Positions 9,356-18,840 of a stretch of DNA of 32,000 nucleotides are shown in pieces (position 1 is the stretch's first letter; each line of letters begins with the position of its first letter). The stretch comes from an uncultured Erysipelotrichaceae bacterium (lineage in GTDB: Bacteria; Bacillota_I; Bacilli_A; Erysipelotrichales; Erysipelotrichaceae), in NCBI GenBank assembly GCA_942493105.1, contig OW818668.1, forward strand, positions 1,890,001 through 1,922,000, read 5' to 3'. The translations under genes and the position numbers were made by a program. Under the pieces are notes generated by a model. It searched no databases, was not told the origin of the DNA, and saw nothing but the letters and a program-made list of their open reading frames with translations.

Positions 9356-9934
9356 CTAAAGCATGGTTCCGATTACATCTAGTGCCTTCGGTAATTCTTT
9401 TTCATTTGGGTTCAATAGTATTTGTATTGATGTCCCGAAGAGTGCTCCAAATATCATTCTGGCAATAGTGTGTGATGTATAACTAGCCAGTTTGTAATCC
9501 GGGGTTGCGATATTAAGAATATTATCTTCAATCAATTGGGCTAGACCATCAAACAACTCATTAAGTAGCTTCGCAAAATTATCTGACCACATAGCCATAC
9601 TTGTCAAATCAAACAGCAATTTGAATAGATTTTTGTTATCTCGTAAAGTATCTTGAAAATAATCAATGAGATTACTCATCTTCTCGTTAGTGGTTGATCC
9701 AATTTTCAGGATTCCATTAACTTCATCCATATACTTTTTGATGGTCATCCGGATTACTTCAATAAGTAACCCTTCCTTGTTGATATAATAGTAATTCAAT
9801 TGACTAAGTACGACTCCAGCATCATCCGCTATTTCTCTTAATGATACATTCGCATATCCTTTCTTTGAGATGTAGTCGAATGCAGAATTCAGTATTCTTT
9901 GCGACTGATGAACTTCTTGTTTGATCTGAAGCAT
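9356..9934 (-). CDS. TetR/AcrR family transcriptional regulator, second copy
   Basis: 192 aa, colinear with 3053..3634 (GYANVSLREIADDAGVVLSQLNYYYINKEGLL; GALFGTSIQILLNPNEKEL). GGAGGG lies upstream of the ATG. Confidence 0.9.
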   Translation of the reverse strand: MLQIKQEVHQSQRILNSAFDYISKKGYANVSLREIADDAGVVLSQLNYYYINKEGLLIEVIRMTIKKYMDEVNGILKIGSTTNEKMSNLIDYFQDTLRDNKNLFKLLFDLTSMAMWSDNFAKLLNELFDGLAQLIEDNILNIATPDYKLASYTSHTIARMIFGALFGTSIQILLNPNEKELPKALDVIGTML

Positions 9935-9947
9935 TTACGCCCTCCAA

Positions 9948-10006
9948 TTAAATCGGACAACCGTTTTAATTGGATACAGTTTACTACCTGAATGATTTAT
10001 TGTCAA
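9948..10006 (-). promoter_or_regulatory. Promoter plus palindromic operator upstream of TetR2
   Basis: On the minus strand: TTGACA (10001-10006), a 17-nt spacer, TAAACT (9978-9983), then the palindrome TTAAATCGG-ACAA-CCGTTTTAA (9948-9969). The geometry is identical to 3647-3706. Confidence 0.6.
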
Positions 10007-10989
10007 TCATTTTGATATTTTTGAAAAGTTTCATGAAAACCGGATCATCCTATGATTAGTTGGATCGCTATGTGGCTCATCGACTCTTTTTTTCATTTGC
10101 ATTTCTGATATATCTCTCCGCTCTCCTTAACCCGAAACTCGTTGCACATCCTTGCAACAGGAAACTCTGAACGATTCTCCACATAAATTAAACTTCATCA
10201 CTAGTTTTACATAAATGAATGACTAACTCTTCGTAATTATCGAATTCCTTTTTCCTTTTGAGTGTCAAAGTGAGGTCAATTCTATTTTAGATTTAGTCTC
10301 CTTGTGTCCTACTTTCTCAAGGACTAATTCGCAGTTGACATACCCTTCTACGTTCACATCCTCTTTAATGACAATATTCTGATTCTTTTCAAATCTTTAG
10401 CAACAATTTTTACTAATTTTCTACTTTCTAAGATGCCTTTCCCAGTTCGGTACCTTAACTCTAGGAATATTTACTGTTGTTCATTATAAACTTGTTGATT
10501 ATTTCACCAGAAAACTCTAATACCATGATTTGACAAAAGTCGACCTATCCCAACTCACATAAAGTCAAAATACGGATCCTAATTCGATTTTACTAATTTT
10601 TTGTCGTGAATAATCGCAGAGAATTCTCAACAAAATCTGATGGTTTTTAACTGAAACATGATGAATCAAACGATTAGGGCTGGGACAGTCGGTCTCTATG
10701 ATATATGGAATCGAAGCAGATGGTCTAGTCTAAAGATCTAGATCATCTGAGTTTTGAGGAGATCATTTACTTCAGCAACCTAGTTACTGCGAAAGGGCAC
10801 TCTGAAAGCTTAGTGATCAATATTTCAAGTTGGAAGAAGAAATAATTTAGAAATATTCTAATACAAAAAGCACATAATCATCAAAAAGCGATTTAGTTGA
10901 GATGATTCTACGAAAATTCCGAATAAGGTTGTAGTTCTTATAAAAACTATTCTAGTACTACGACATCTATTGGTATTTTAAAAAACCAC

Positions 10990-11303
10990 AAGAACCTACT
11001 TCCTTAAAACGGATACGATAAATAAATAAGTGACATGTGTGAGAGCTGACTGTCGATATTTAGTCGGAGTAAGCTCTTTTAGTTATTCTTAAAGTCTATG
11101 CTGATTGTAAAAGATTACGTAACCGGACACAAGTTGTTTGACGAAATTTCTCGATGTTAATCGAATAATTTGAGCGATTCGCACTTCAGAAGTGAAAACC
11201 AGGATTCAATCGGGACGTTATCGACACAGCTGCCTTTGTAGGAGACACCGTGTTTGACCTGACGCCTTTTAAGGAGTTTCCTGTACGCGATTGAAGTGAA
11301 CTG
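10990..11303 (-). pseudogene. C-terminal fragment of an IS3-family (rve/DDE) transposase, cut off by the neighbouring IS
   Basis: Minus-strand translation gives QFTSIAYRKLLKRRQVKHGVSYKGSCVDNVPIESWFSLLKCE. It then continues frameshifted with stops as FYNQHRL*E*LKELTPTKYRQSALT. An IS-end-like sequence (CTTCCTTAAAACGGATACGATAAA) lies near 10998-11021. The left boundary is approximate. Confidence 0.65.
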
Positions 11304-11332
11304 TGGAAAGGCAACAGTAAACTAGACAAAAT

Positions 11333-12180
11333 TTATAAGGGGGGGGGTTTGTAATCAACCGGACTCTTATAGTCCAGGGTTGAATGGATCCGTTTCGTAT
11401 TGAACCAAGTCATATAGCGGTCCAATTCGACCTCAAGCTGACTTAAGCTCATAAACCTTCTAGGATAAACAAACTCTTTCTTGATTAACTTATAGGTAGC
11501 CTCAGCGACTGCGATATCGTAAGGACAGCCTTTCATACTTAAGGAACGCTTGATTTCGAAGGTCTCTAGAATCTTATCAATCTTTTGATTTTTGAATTCT
11601 AAGCCCCGATCGGTATGAAAGAGTTCGATTTGAGATAACGGTCCTTTGACCTTCGCGAAAGCTCGAATAACCAGCTCAGCGTCTTTGTGTCTTTTACAGC
11701 TGTACCTGATAATCTCTAGGTTATACAGGTCGATCAGAAAACAAATATAGTTCCAATCATTCCCGACTCTGACGTAGGTCAGATCACTGACAATGCGTTT
11801 TATCGGAGTCTGACTGGGGAAGTCACGATTGAGCACATTAGGAATAAAGTCTTCATTACACTTATCCTTATGAACATTAAATTGAGCGATCGTATGGACC
11901 GAAACCAATCCCAATTCGCTTATTAATCAGTTGATTCTGCGCCGTGAGACCCTTTGGCCCAATTTCTTCAGTTCTTTCTTGATTTTCCTTGAACTATACA
12001 CTTTCTCGTTTTCATCGAAGATCGTTTGGATCATGACTTTCGGGTGGATATCTGATTTATCTTTACTCTTCAGCTTTGATTTCGTATAGACACTGCTTCG
12101 ATTAACTTTTAATATTCTGCATAGCGCTGAGATCGGATAGCGTTCCGCATTCTGGCGAATGACTCTTATTATCGTCCAAA
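11333..12180 (-). pseudogene. IS3-family transposase OrfB with one in-frame TGA
   Basis: The frame is continuous: TIIRVIRQNAERYPISALCRILKVNRSSVY...RRIN*LISELGLVSVHT...DLTYVRV...FHTDRGLEF...SMKGCPYD. The TGA at 11927-11929 sits where IS3 relatives usually have Arg (CGA). A G9 run at 11339-11347 encodes the C-terminal PPP. Confidence 0.75.
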
Positions 12181-12462
12181 GATCAACGCTGCCTGCTTTA
12201 AAATATCGTTCTCCATCCTCAATTGTGAATTCTCCTTACGCAGTTGAATTAACTCATTCTCTTCCGGTGTTCGGTTATCTTTCTCTTTAAAGGATCCGCT
12301 GCGTTCACTCTGCATCACCCAGCGATCAAACGCCGTTGAGCTCAGACTATATTCCCGGATGATGTCGATCCGAGGCTTTCCGCTCTGCCTAAGCTGAACC
12401 ATCTGACGTTTAAACTCTTCTGTATAGCTCCTTCTTTCTCTTCGCATTTCCATCACGTTCAC
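12169..12462 (-). CDS. IS3-family transposase OrfA (HTH/leucine-zipper part)
   Basis: 97 aa: RRSYTEEFKRQMVQLRQSGKPRIDIIREYSLSSTAFDRWV followed by a coiled-coil ELIQLRKENSQLRMENDILKQA. This is typical of IS3 OrfA. Confidence 0.85.
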   Translation of the reverse strand: MNVMEMRRERRSYTEEFKRQMVQLRQSGKPRIDIIREYSLSSTAFDRWVMQSERSGSFKEKDNRTPEENELIQLRKENSQLRMENDILKQAALIFGR

Positions 12463-12604
12463 TTTCTCTCTTTCTTAGTTTAATGTCCCCTAAGAAATCT
12501 GTCTAGTTTAGTGTAGCCGATCCAGTAACAAGTCGGAGGTACTCACACTTCTTTATACACTCAAGCTTCCACAAATAAAAAGCCATCCTTTTTGTACTGA
12601 CCCC

Positions 12605-13453
12605 CTAAAAGTGGACAGTAGAAAAAAGCTCTGGCTCTAGAGATGAAATTCGTTTCATCTCTTTTTCTTTGAATTCTAGTGGAGTCAAGTATTCCAAAGC
12701 TTTTTGTCGACGCTTCGTGTTGTATCTCACCTTGAAACGATGAAGTGCTTCAATAAGTTCAATATCTGTTTTAATGTGTAAGGTATCGTTATGAATCACT
12801 TCAGATTTTAAGATACTGTGCAGACTTTCATTCGGTAAATTATCCGTCGGTTTGCCTTTTCGTGACATACTTTGAATAAAATTATACTCCACAAGTTTCT
12901 CCTGAAAGAGCCGATTTGTATATTGAGATCCGTGGTCGGAGTGTATGAAAGTCCCGTATAGAATGGCCTTATCGTGAACTTGATTAAGTGTTTTAAGGAC
13001 AAATTCAATGGTTGGGTGATACATGATTTCATACGCTTCAATCATTTTTGTGTACATATCTTTGATTGAAGAAAAATATATTTTCTTACCATGAATATGA
13101 AACTCTGTGATATCGGTATACAGTTTATCGAAAGGAACTGAACACAGGTTATTACCTCGGATAATATTGTCTTTTGGGTATTCCTCAGGGTGACTATTCG
13201 TTTTATCTTTACGACGTTTTACGTGCGAAAGAAGACCGCAATCACGCATGATTCTTAAACAGTGCTTATGGTTGACTGTCAATTCGTTTTCGATTTTCAG
13301 GTACTTAGATACTGTCTTGGCTCCTAAAGTGAAATCATTCGCCAGCTGAAGCCGTTTAATCAGAAAAGCAATTCCCAGATATTCATTACTGATTTGATCA
13401 CATCGCTTAGCCCCGCGTAATAACCAGCTTGACTTACGTGGCAGAATCGGCAC
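12605..13453 (-). CDS. IS3-family transposase OrfB (DDE/rve domain); the N-terminal region is probably frameshifted
   Basis: It contains YTDITEF, IHSDHGSQYT and SMSRKGKPTDNLPNESLHSILKSE. Upstream, the expected N-terminus (LYSVTRMCRFCHVSQAGYYAG) is in a different frame, and the -1 frame after the slippery site hits a stop. The element is therefore likely decayed. Confidence 0.65.
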   Translation of the reverse strand: MPILPRKSSWLLRGAKRCDQISNEYLGIAFLIKRLQLANDFTLGAKTVSKYLKIENELTVNHKHCLRIMRDCGLLSHVKRRKDKTNSHPEEYPKDNIIRGNNLCSVPFDKLYTDITEFHIHGKKIYFSSIKDMYTKMIEAYEIMYHPTIEFVLKTLNQVHDKAILYGTFIHSDHGSQYTNRLFQEKLVEYNFIQSMSRKGKPTDNLPNESLHSILKSEVIHNDTLHIKTDIELIEALHRFKVRYNTKRRQKALEYLTPLEFKEKEMKRISSLEPELFSTVHF

Positions 13454-13531
13454 ATCCTGGTCACTGAGTATAGTGATCTTAAATCGTGAATAGCCAGGAA
13501 GATTATTTCTTTATCAACTCCTCTTTCAAGG

Positions 13532-13810
13532 TCAATACTTTTTTAACAGATCACGTTCCATCTTAACCTGTTTCAGTTCTTCAGTAAGGGTCTCATATTT
13601 CTTCTTTGGGTGACCTCTACTTTTTCCTCCTCGGGTTTCTCGAAACAATTCCACCTCTCCACCGGAGCGATATTTACGAATCCATCGTCTTACAACCGTG
13701 TGATCCGCGCCTAGTTCTTCAGCCAGTCTTTCTGGTGCTTCTCCATTCTCAAAATATCGCTTCACAATACTGAGCTTCAATTCATTTGTGTATTTCTGGT
13801 GCTTTCCCAT
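13532..13810 (-). CDS. IS3-family transposase OrfA
   Basis: 92 aa: YTNELKLSIVKRYFENGEAPERLAEELGADHTVVRRWIRKYRSGG followed by a coiled coil ending in KMERDLLKKY. Confidence 0.85.
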   Translation of the reverse strand: MGKHQKYTNELKLSIVKRYFENGEAPERLAEELGADHTVVRRWIRKYRSGGEVELFRETRGGKSRGHPKKKYETLTEELKQVKMERDLLKKY

Positions 13811-14001
13811 TAGAAAACCCCCTTTAAGTTCAGTATAAGAGTTTTTTCTAAACTGTCTACTTATTGGGGGGCAGTATATTTTCAGATGGCTTCATCGACT
13901 TTTGTCAGAAGTGAAATGACTAAATAGCCCAATATCATGTCCTTTTGAAGTAGCAAAATTTGTCAATAAAAAAGGGTGATTTTCAATCTACCCTTAATTG
14001 A

Positions 14002-14559
14002 TTACTTACGCAATGGTTTTAATGCATTGGTCCAAGGGATCAGTTGATCCAACACAGAACCTAGGATGTCATTGTGCATCGCATGTGGCTTAAATTCGCT
14101 AAAATTTACAAAGTCAGTGAACAAGGATAATTGAACACCTTTTTGCACGTCCGCCATTTGAAGTTCCGCAACGATGACACGTAAGTTTTCAACCGCACGA
14201 ACACCCATTGCGCTACCGTAACTTACAAAGCCAACCGCTTTGTTATTCCATTCAACATTTAAGAAATCGATGGCATTCTTTAAAGCGCCGCCCACAGCAT
14301 GGTTGTATTCAGGGGTCACAAAGATAAAGCCATCCATTTCGGCAATTTTCTTAGACCATCTCTTCGTATGTTCATGGGTATAGTTTTGATAGATTGCAGG
14401 ATAAGGTTCATCCAGAAGTGGCAATTTGTAGTCTACCAAATCAATGAGTTCAAACTCAGCATCCGTCCGTTTTGAAGCAAGTTCAAGAGCCCACTTCGCA
14501 ACCGCTTCACCGTTACGTCCAGGACGTGTACTACCGATAATAATTCCAATTTTAGTCAT
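14002..14559 (-). CDS. NADPH-dependent FMN reductase family flavoprotein
   Basis: The ORF track starts at 14640. I prefer ATG at 14559 (MTKIGIIIGSTRPGRNG), which is preceded by GAGGAGAA. The motifs GSTRPGRNG and TPEYNHAVGGALKNAIDFL are typical of the PF03358-type FMN reductases. Confidence 0.85.
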   Translation of the reverse strand: MTKIGIIIGSTRPGRNGEAVAKWALELASKRTDAEFELIDLVDYKLPLLDEPYPAIYQNYTHEHTKRWSKKIAEMDGFIFVTPEYNHAVGGALKNAIDFLNVEWNNKAVGFVSYGSAMGVRAVENLRVIVAELQMADVQKGVQLSLFTDFVNFSEFKPHAMHNDILGSVLDQLIPWTNALKPLRK

Positions 14560-15178
14560 CTTAATTTCTCCTCGTTTATTGATTGATATTTTGATATCAC
14601 AAACGTTATTATATAGATAAATATCTGTATATCCATTCATGTGCTCATTTAAATATTATTTTCGTAAACGACGAGGATTAATACAAGGTCCCTCAATTGA
14701 ATATCATTTGGTTGCTAATTAAGCCATCCTTCTCAGAATGGAATGATGGTCTTATCACTTACCTGCATATCAAAAAAAACGGCATCTATATGTTTCATTC
14801 CTATTCTGATAAATTGGAAGATAATTTCCTTCACAATTAAAATCGCCCACATAAAACCATGTCATTTCATTATGATATAATCAAAATATTTTATACTGTC
14901 ATAGAATTTATCTAAATTCTCTACAATTAGTAATGCGCTTATTCAGTAATGAACTATAGTGATCTTCTGGTGAGTGCTACTACAATTGAAAGGGCTATAC
15001 ATTATCGAATTGAGCCCAGAATGCAATATTAATAGCTGTTAAATTATCTCTTGGATCGTTCATCCACAAATTGGTCAATATCAGTTCATATTTTCATCAT
15101 AGTGGCAAAGTAAGGTTTGGCAATACAGATTCCCCCACCTGCAAATGTCTGTACTAAAGTAAAACTGAGGAGAACAGT

Positions 15179-15670
15179 ATGTATAAGAACCGGATTGATA
15201 AATTATCTGAAAAAGCACCGTCTGAGATACTAAAACTTGTTATCAATTCGATGACTTATTCTGTATTCTTCAAGGGACTGGATGGCAAATACTTGGGATG
15301 CAATTTGGAATATGAAAAGTTAATTGGCAAAAATGAAGCGGAAATTATCGGGAAAACTGCCTATGATCTCAATGTGGTTGAGTCGGCTGATGAGTTTACA
15401 TCCAGTGATCTGGATGTCATAAATACTGGGCAGCCTATTAAAATTGAAATTTGATTCGCAAAAGCAGACGAGTCTAGGGCTTTGTATGAAAACCAAAAAT
15501 CTCCCTTTGCAATGATCGCGGCAACATCATTGGCATTATCGGGGTATTTCAAGAAATCACCAGACAGAAAGAAATGGAAGAAGCCCTAAGGATCAGTGAA
15601 GAAAAATATCGCATCATAACCGATAATTCCCAGGACGTCATCTGGGTACAAAACTTCAAATCATCGAAAT
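15179..15670 (+). pseudogene. Broken 5' part of a multi-PAS sensor gene, truncated by an IS remnant
   Basis: ORF 15179..15454 is PAS-like (YSVFFKGLDGKYLGCNLEYEKLIGKNEAEIIGKTAYDL) and preceded by GAGGAG. After its TGA the sense continues in another frame: NDRGNIIGIIGVFQEITRQKEMEEALRISEEKYRIITDNSQDVIWVQ. That reads as the end of one PAS domain, a linker and the start of the next. No output domain follows. Confidence 0.65.
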
Positions 15671-15674
15671 TCAC

Positions 15675-16559
15675 TGGCTCCATTGATCGGAGTGAAGGAT
15701 AAGACCGATCCGTTTTGATCTTGGGACTTTGGTGAGGGACTCTTTCACGGTTTCAATGACCAGGGGGTTGTCGGTATGCTATAATGCTTTTGTCGTAGAG
15801 GTCTTTGATAACACAGAGATACTCTATGCCCTCAGATGTATGGATATAAGTGATGTCGATCGACCACTTCTGGTTGGGTCCAGTGGTGGTGAAGTTGCGT
15901 TTGAGAAGGTTAGGAATCTCGTGATGGGGAATCTTATCGTACTTCTTGGGCTTGCGGCCGGTGATTGACCTTATGTCCAGAAGTCTCATGTAGCGGTAAA
16001 CGGTCTTGTTGGTTAAACTGATCCTGTTTACAGCTTTTATATTCATCCTCAGGCGGACGATCCCTTGTCGGGTGTCGCTCAGTTACTGGTTAAATATCAG
16101 ATCACTCAATGCTTCGTTATGCGCTTTATATACCGGTCTACCTAAGCGGATCCAATCATAATACCCGCTTCTTGAACACTTCAGAAGAGTACACAGGGTC
16201 TTGATCGGATATTTCAGTTTCAATTCATCGATGACTTGATACTTTTCCTTTACACTCTTAGGTAGGCCCTTGGGTCTGCCTCCCGGTTTTTTTTACCTCG
16301 TCGATCGACCACCGTTCCGAATAACCTGACCTACTTGATCCATCGCTCCAATACAGATCTACCGCTGATGTCATAGGTTCGCAAACAACCAAGATACCCA
16401 ATTTCTCCGATTAGATACCTTTTTACGATCAGATTCTTTTCTTCAATACTGTAGACTGTATGTTTCTTCGATTTTCTCATTTTCTTTACACCTAAAGAAA
16501 AACACCAATGTTTATTTTACGTTAGTGTCTTTTTATTGTGTCCATTTTGCGGATATACA
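15675..16559 (-). mobile_element. Decayed, 3'-truncated IS3-family element (copy E)
   Basis: The end sequence is TGTATATCCGCAAAATGGACACAAT (reverse complement of 16535-16559). The orfA-like MRKSKKHTVYSIEEKNLIVKRYL is followed by several stops and frameshifts. The orfB part reads YPIKTLCTLLKCSRSGYYDW, QKWSIDITYI (ORF 15753..16046) and LVIETVKESL..LILHSDQWSQ. The remainder is missing. Confidence 0.7.
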
Positions 16560-16577
16560 TTCTTATGGTTTTTTTGT

Positions 16578-17429
16578 CTATTTTTTAAAGAAAGCGATGA
16601 TTGCTTCTCTCTTGGCACTACAATCCGCTTTTCCTAATTCGTAAAGATCATTGACTTGTTCGTATTTTGCTGAGAAACGTTTGACGCCAGAATCCTTGGA
16701 CGGTCGAATATGAATGGCTTTACCTTGATCAACGAGTGCTTTGACTTGGTCCATTTCACGATAATAGACTTCTTTTCGTGCTCTAAACTCTTGTAACAAT
16801 TTTTTATGTTTGAAGTAAAGGACATCCAATAAGAACTGAGTTAAAGGCGCATTGTCTTTTCGAACGAAATTGGTTGGCTTGGTAGTGACCACAATAAACT
16901 GATCTGCACCTAATTCTTGAGCATGCCTGATCGGGATCATCGTTCTAACACCAGCGTCCATATAATACTTCTTACCGATTTTGATATTTCTGCCTGCAAT
17001 GGGCAACACGCATGCTGCTTTGAGCCATTGCAAATTTTCGGATAGATCTTTTTGCGTTTTCCATATGACATCTTCCTCAGCAAGATCATAGACCCCATAT
17101 TCGATCAAAGGCTTTATTTTAAGTATTCGTCTGGGGGTTAGATTAACCTTTCTTGGCAAGACAATATTGAATAAGTAGTTATACCCAACAGGTTGCCCTT
17201 CCAACAACAAAGCTTGAAGTCCAGTATTTCTTCGTGAAACTGCATATGTGGTTGCACAATCATGAAGCATGTCAATGTCTTTAAGGCCTGTGCAGATTGC
17301 AAAAAGAGCCCCTGAAGAGATGCCCACATACATGTCGAAATCTATCTTGTTCTCAACGAGCCAAGCACACACGCCTGCTGTATAGGCACCACGTAAGCCC
17401 CCGCCTTCTAAAACCAATGCTGTTTTCAT
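16578..17429 (-). CDS. Patatin-like phospholipase, second and more divergent copy
   Basis: The ORF track starts at 17519. I prefer ATG at 17429 (MKTALVLEGGGLRGAY), which is preceded by AGGAGAA. The motifs are GGGLRG, GISSGA (GxSxG) and MDAGV. Confidence 0.85.
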   Translation of the reverse strand: MKTALVLEGGGLRGAYTAGVCAWLVENKIDFDMYVGISSGALFAICTGLKDIDMLHDCATTYAVSRRNTGLQALLLEGQPVGYNYLFNIVLPRKVNLTPRRILKIKPLIEYGVYDLAEEDVIWKTQKDLSENLQWLKAACVLPIAGRNIKIGKKYYMDAGVRTMIPIRHAQELGADQFIVVTTKPTNFVRKDNAPLTQFLLDVLYFKHKKLLQEFRARKEVYYREMDQVKALVDQGKAIHIRPSKDSGVKRFSAKYEQVNDLYELGKADCSAKREAIIAFFKK

Positions 17430-17659
17430 GAGTTCTCCTATAAGACTCTGTTGAAGAAATTCAACAGCAGATGTCCACACTTGTTCAATAGATTGACAAC
17501 CAACACTTCGTATGCTCACATATTTTTAGCCATCAAAAGCTTTTAAAAATCCTTTTTCTTATCATTCAGGAACTTTAAAATCGTGATCAAAGTCGCGCAT
17601 TTAGAATGCATAGGATAACATTTGAAATCAATTTTATGGTTCTGACAATCACCAGAATA

Positions 17660-17882
17660 TTATTGACCTGTCCCATAAATTGTTTCAAAACTGAGTAGAG
17701 TTTCTATGCTCAGTTTAATTGTCAAAGGAGCCGGTGCTTTATACTGTAGTGAACTGTGTGGCCTAACGGAATTATAATACAAAATCCACACTTTCGTAAG
17801 AGCTTTAACTTCAGTTAGCGAAGTAAATAATTCAATGTTGAGAAATTCATCTTCCAGTTTACTGGTCTGTTTCGACTTTTTG
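17660..17882 (-). pseudogene. C-terminal fragment of another rve-type DDE transposase
   Basis: Minus-strand translation gives SKLEDEFLNIELFTSLTEVKALTKVWILYYNSVRPHSSLQYKAPAPL...*, the conserved C-terminal tail of IS3/IS481-type transposases. The upstream part is replaced by the end of IS copy D at 17883. Confidence 0.65.
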
Positions 17883-18840
17883 TAGAATGACTGACGAAAA
17901 CGTCCCTATATTCGAAACCCTACATTCATACGGATATCCCACCTTCTTTCCTGCGGCAATACTCTACTGGACTTAAATATCCCAATGATGAATGAATACG
18001 TTTCCTGTTATAGAAGATCTGGATGTATTCAAAGAGATCGTTCTCTATTTCTTCCATTGTATCATAGGCTTTACGATTGATACATTCTCTTTTGGTGGTG
18101 GCGAAGAAACTTTCAACACAGGAGTTGTCATAAAGGCAGACGGGTTTGCTCATGGATGAAATGGTGTTGTTTTCACTTAAGAAATCATGGTAACCGTTCC
18201 TGCTGTATTGTACGTCCCGATCACTGTGAAAGGTCAGTTTAATCGGTTTGTTTCGACTGGCCAACGCATTGCCCAAGACGCGTTTCACTAGCTCAGAGCC
18301 AGGATTCTTACTGATCGAATAGCCTACGACTTCACAATTTAAAAGATCAGTGACTACCGAAAGATAGACCCATTTTAAAATGGATTTAATGTAGGTGATG
18401 TCGCCTGCCCATACGCGTCCAGGTTCATTCACGTTGAATTTCTGTTGTAAGACATTCTCGCTGTGTCAGGCGGCCGAAGCTTGTTTGGGAATGGTGTGAA
18501 CCGTTTGAGGACTACTTGTTACAGCCCTGTTTCTCGCATTATTCCTGCGATTTTGTATTCACTTATCTTGTGCTCCTGACTTTCAAGAACTCTGTTAGTC
18601 TTCTGTACCCGTACGATCTTTTCTTTCTTCAAAGGCTTTCTCGACCTGATTGATGATGATCGGTTTTGCTCTTGCTTTTGGTTGTCTGCGACAGCCACCC
18701 TTCAGCCATTGGCAGAATCCGCTCTGTTTGATCCCTAATGCTTTGCACATCATCATGCGACCTCTCGAATGAAGTATGAAGTCGTATCGGCAAACCGATC
18801 AAGTTTTTCGGTGGTGAAGATGTGCAAGGATTTTTTTCGT
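17883..18840 (-). mobile_element. Truncated, rearranged copy (D) of the IS3-family element found intact at 22274..23633
   Basis: ORF 17926..18432 closely matches the C-terminal 168 aa of OrfB at 22684..23559 (WAGDITYIKS, HSDR, YDNSCVESFFATTKRECINR, IFYNRKRIHSSLGYLSPVEY). The end sequence TAGAATGACTGACG compares with TGGAATGACTCGAC. The 18433-18743 region carries frameshifts. The 67-nt junction segment is inverted (see findings). Homology stops inside orfA at about 18840. Confidence 0.8.

Larger units (their letters stand above)
11304..12524 (-). mobile_element. IS3-family insertion sequence (copy A, about 1.2 kb) with imperfect terminal inverted repeats
   Basis: The ends are TGGAAAGGCAACAGTAAACTAGACA (11304-) and the reverse complement of 12500-12524, TGGATCGGCTACACTAAACTAGACA. 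It has the orfA/orfB organisation. The heptamer TTTAAAG (12196-12202) shifts orfA into the orfB frame by -1 (..NDILKAGSVDLWTIIRVIRQ). Confidence 0.8.
12593..13878 (-). mobile_element. IS3-family insertion sequence (copy B, about 1.29 kb)
   Basis: The terminal IRs are TGTACTGACCCCCTAAAAGTGGACAGT (12593-) and the reverse complement of the other end, TATACTGCCCCCCAATAAGTAGACAGT (-13878). orfA ends in the slippery TTA AAA AAG. Confidence 0.8.

Noticed and set aside
3755-17429. Patatin genes as CBASS-type (CapV-like) defence effectors
   Set aside because: No cyclase/nucleotidyltransferase, ubiquitin-like accessory or other CBASS partner gene is adjacent to either copy. The first copy is embedded in a lipid-gene context instead.
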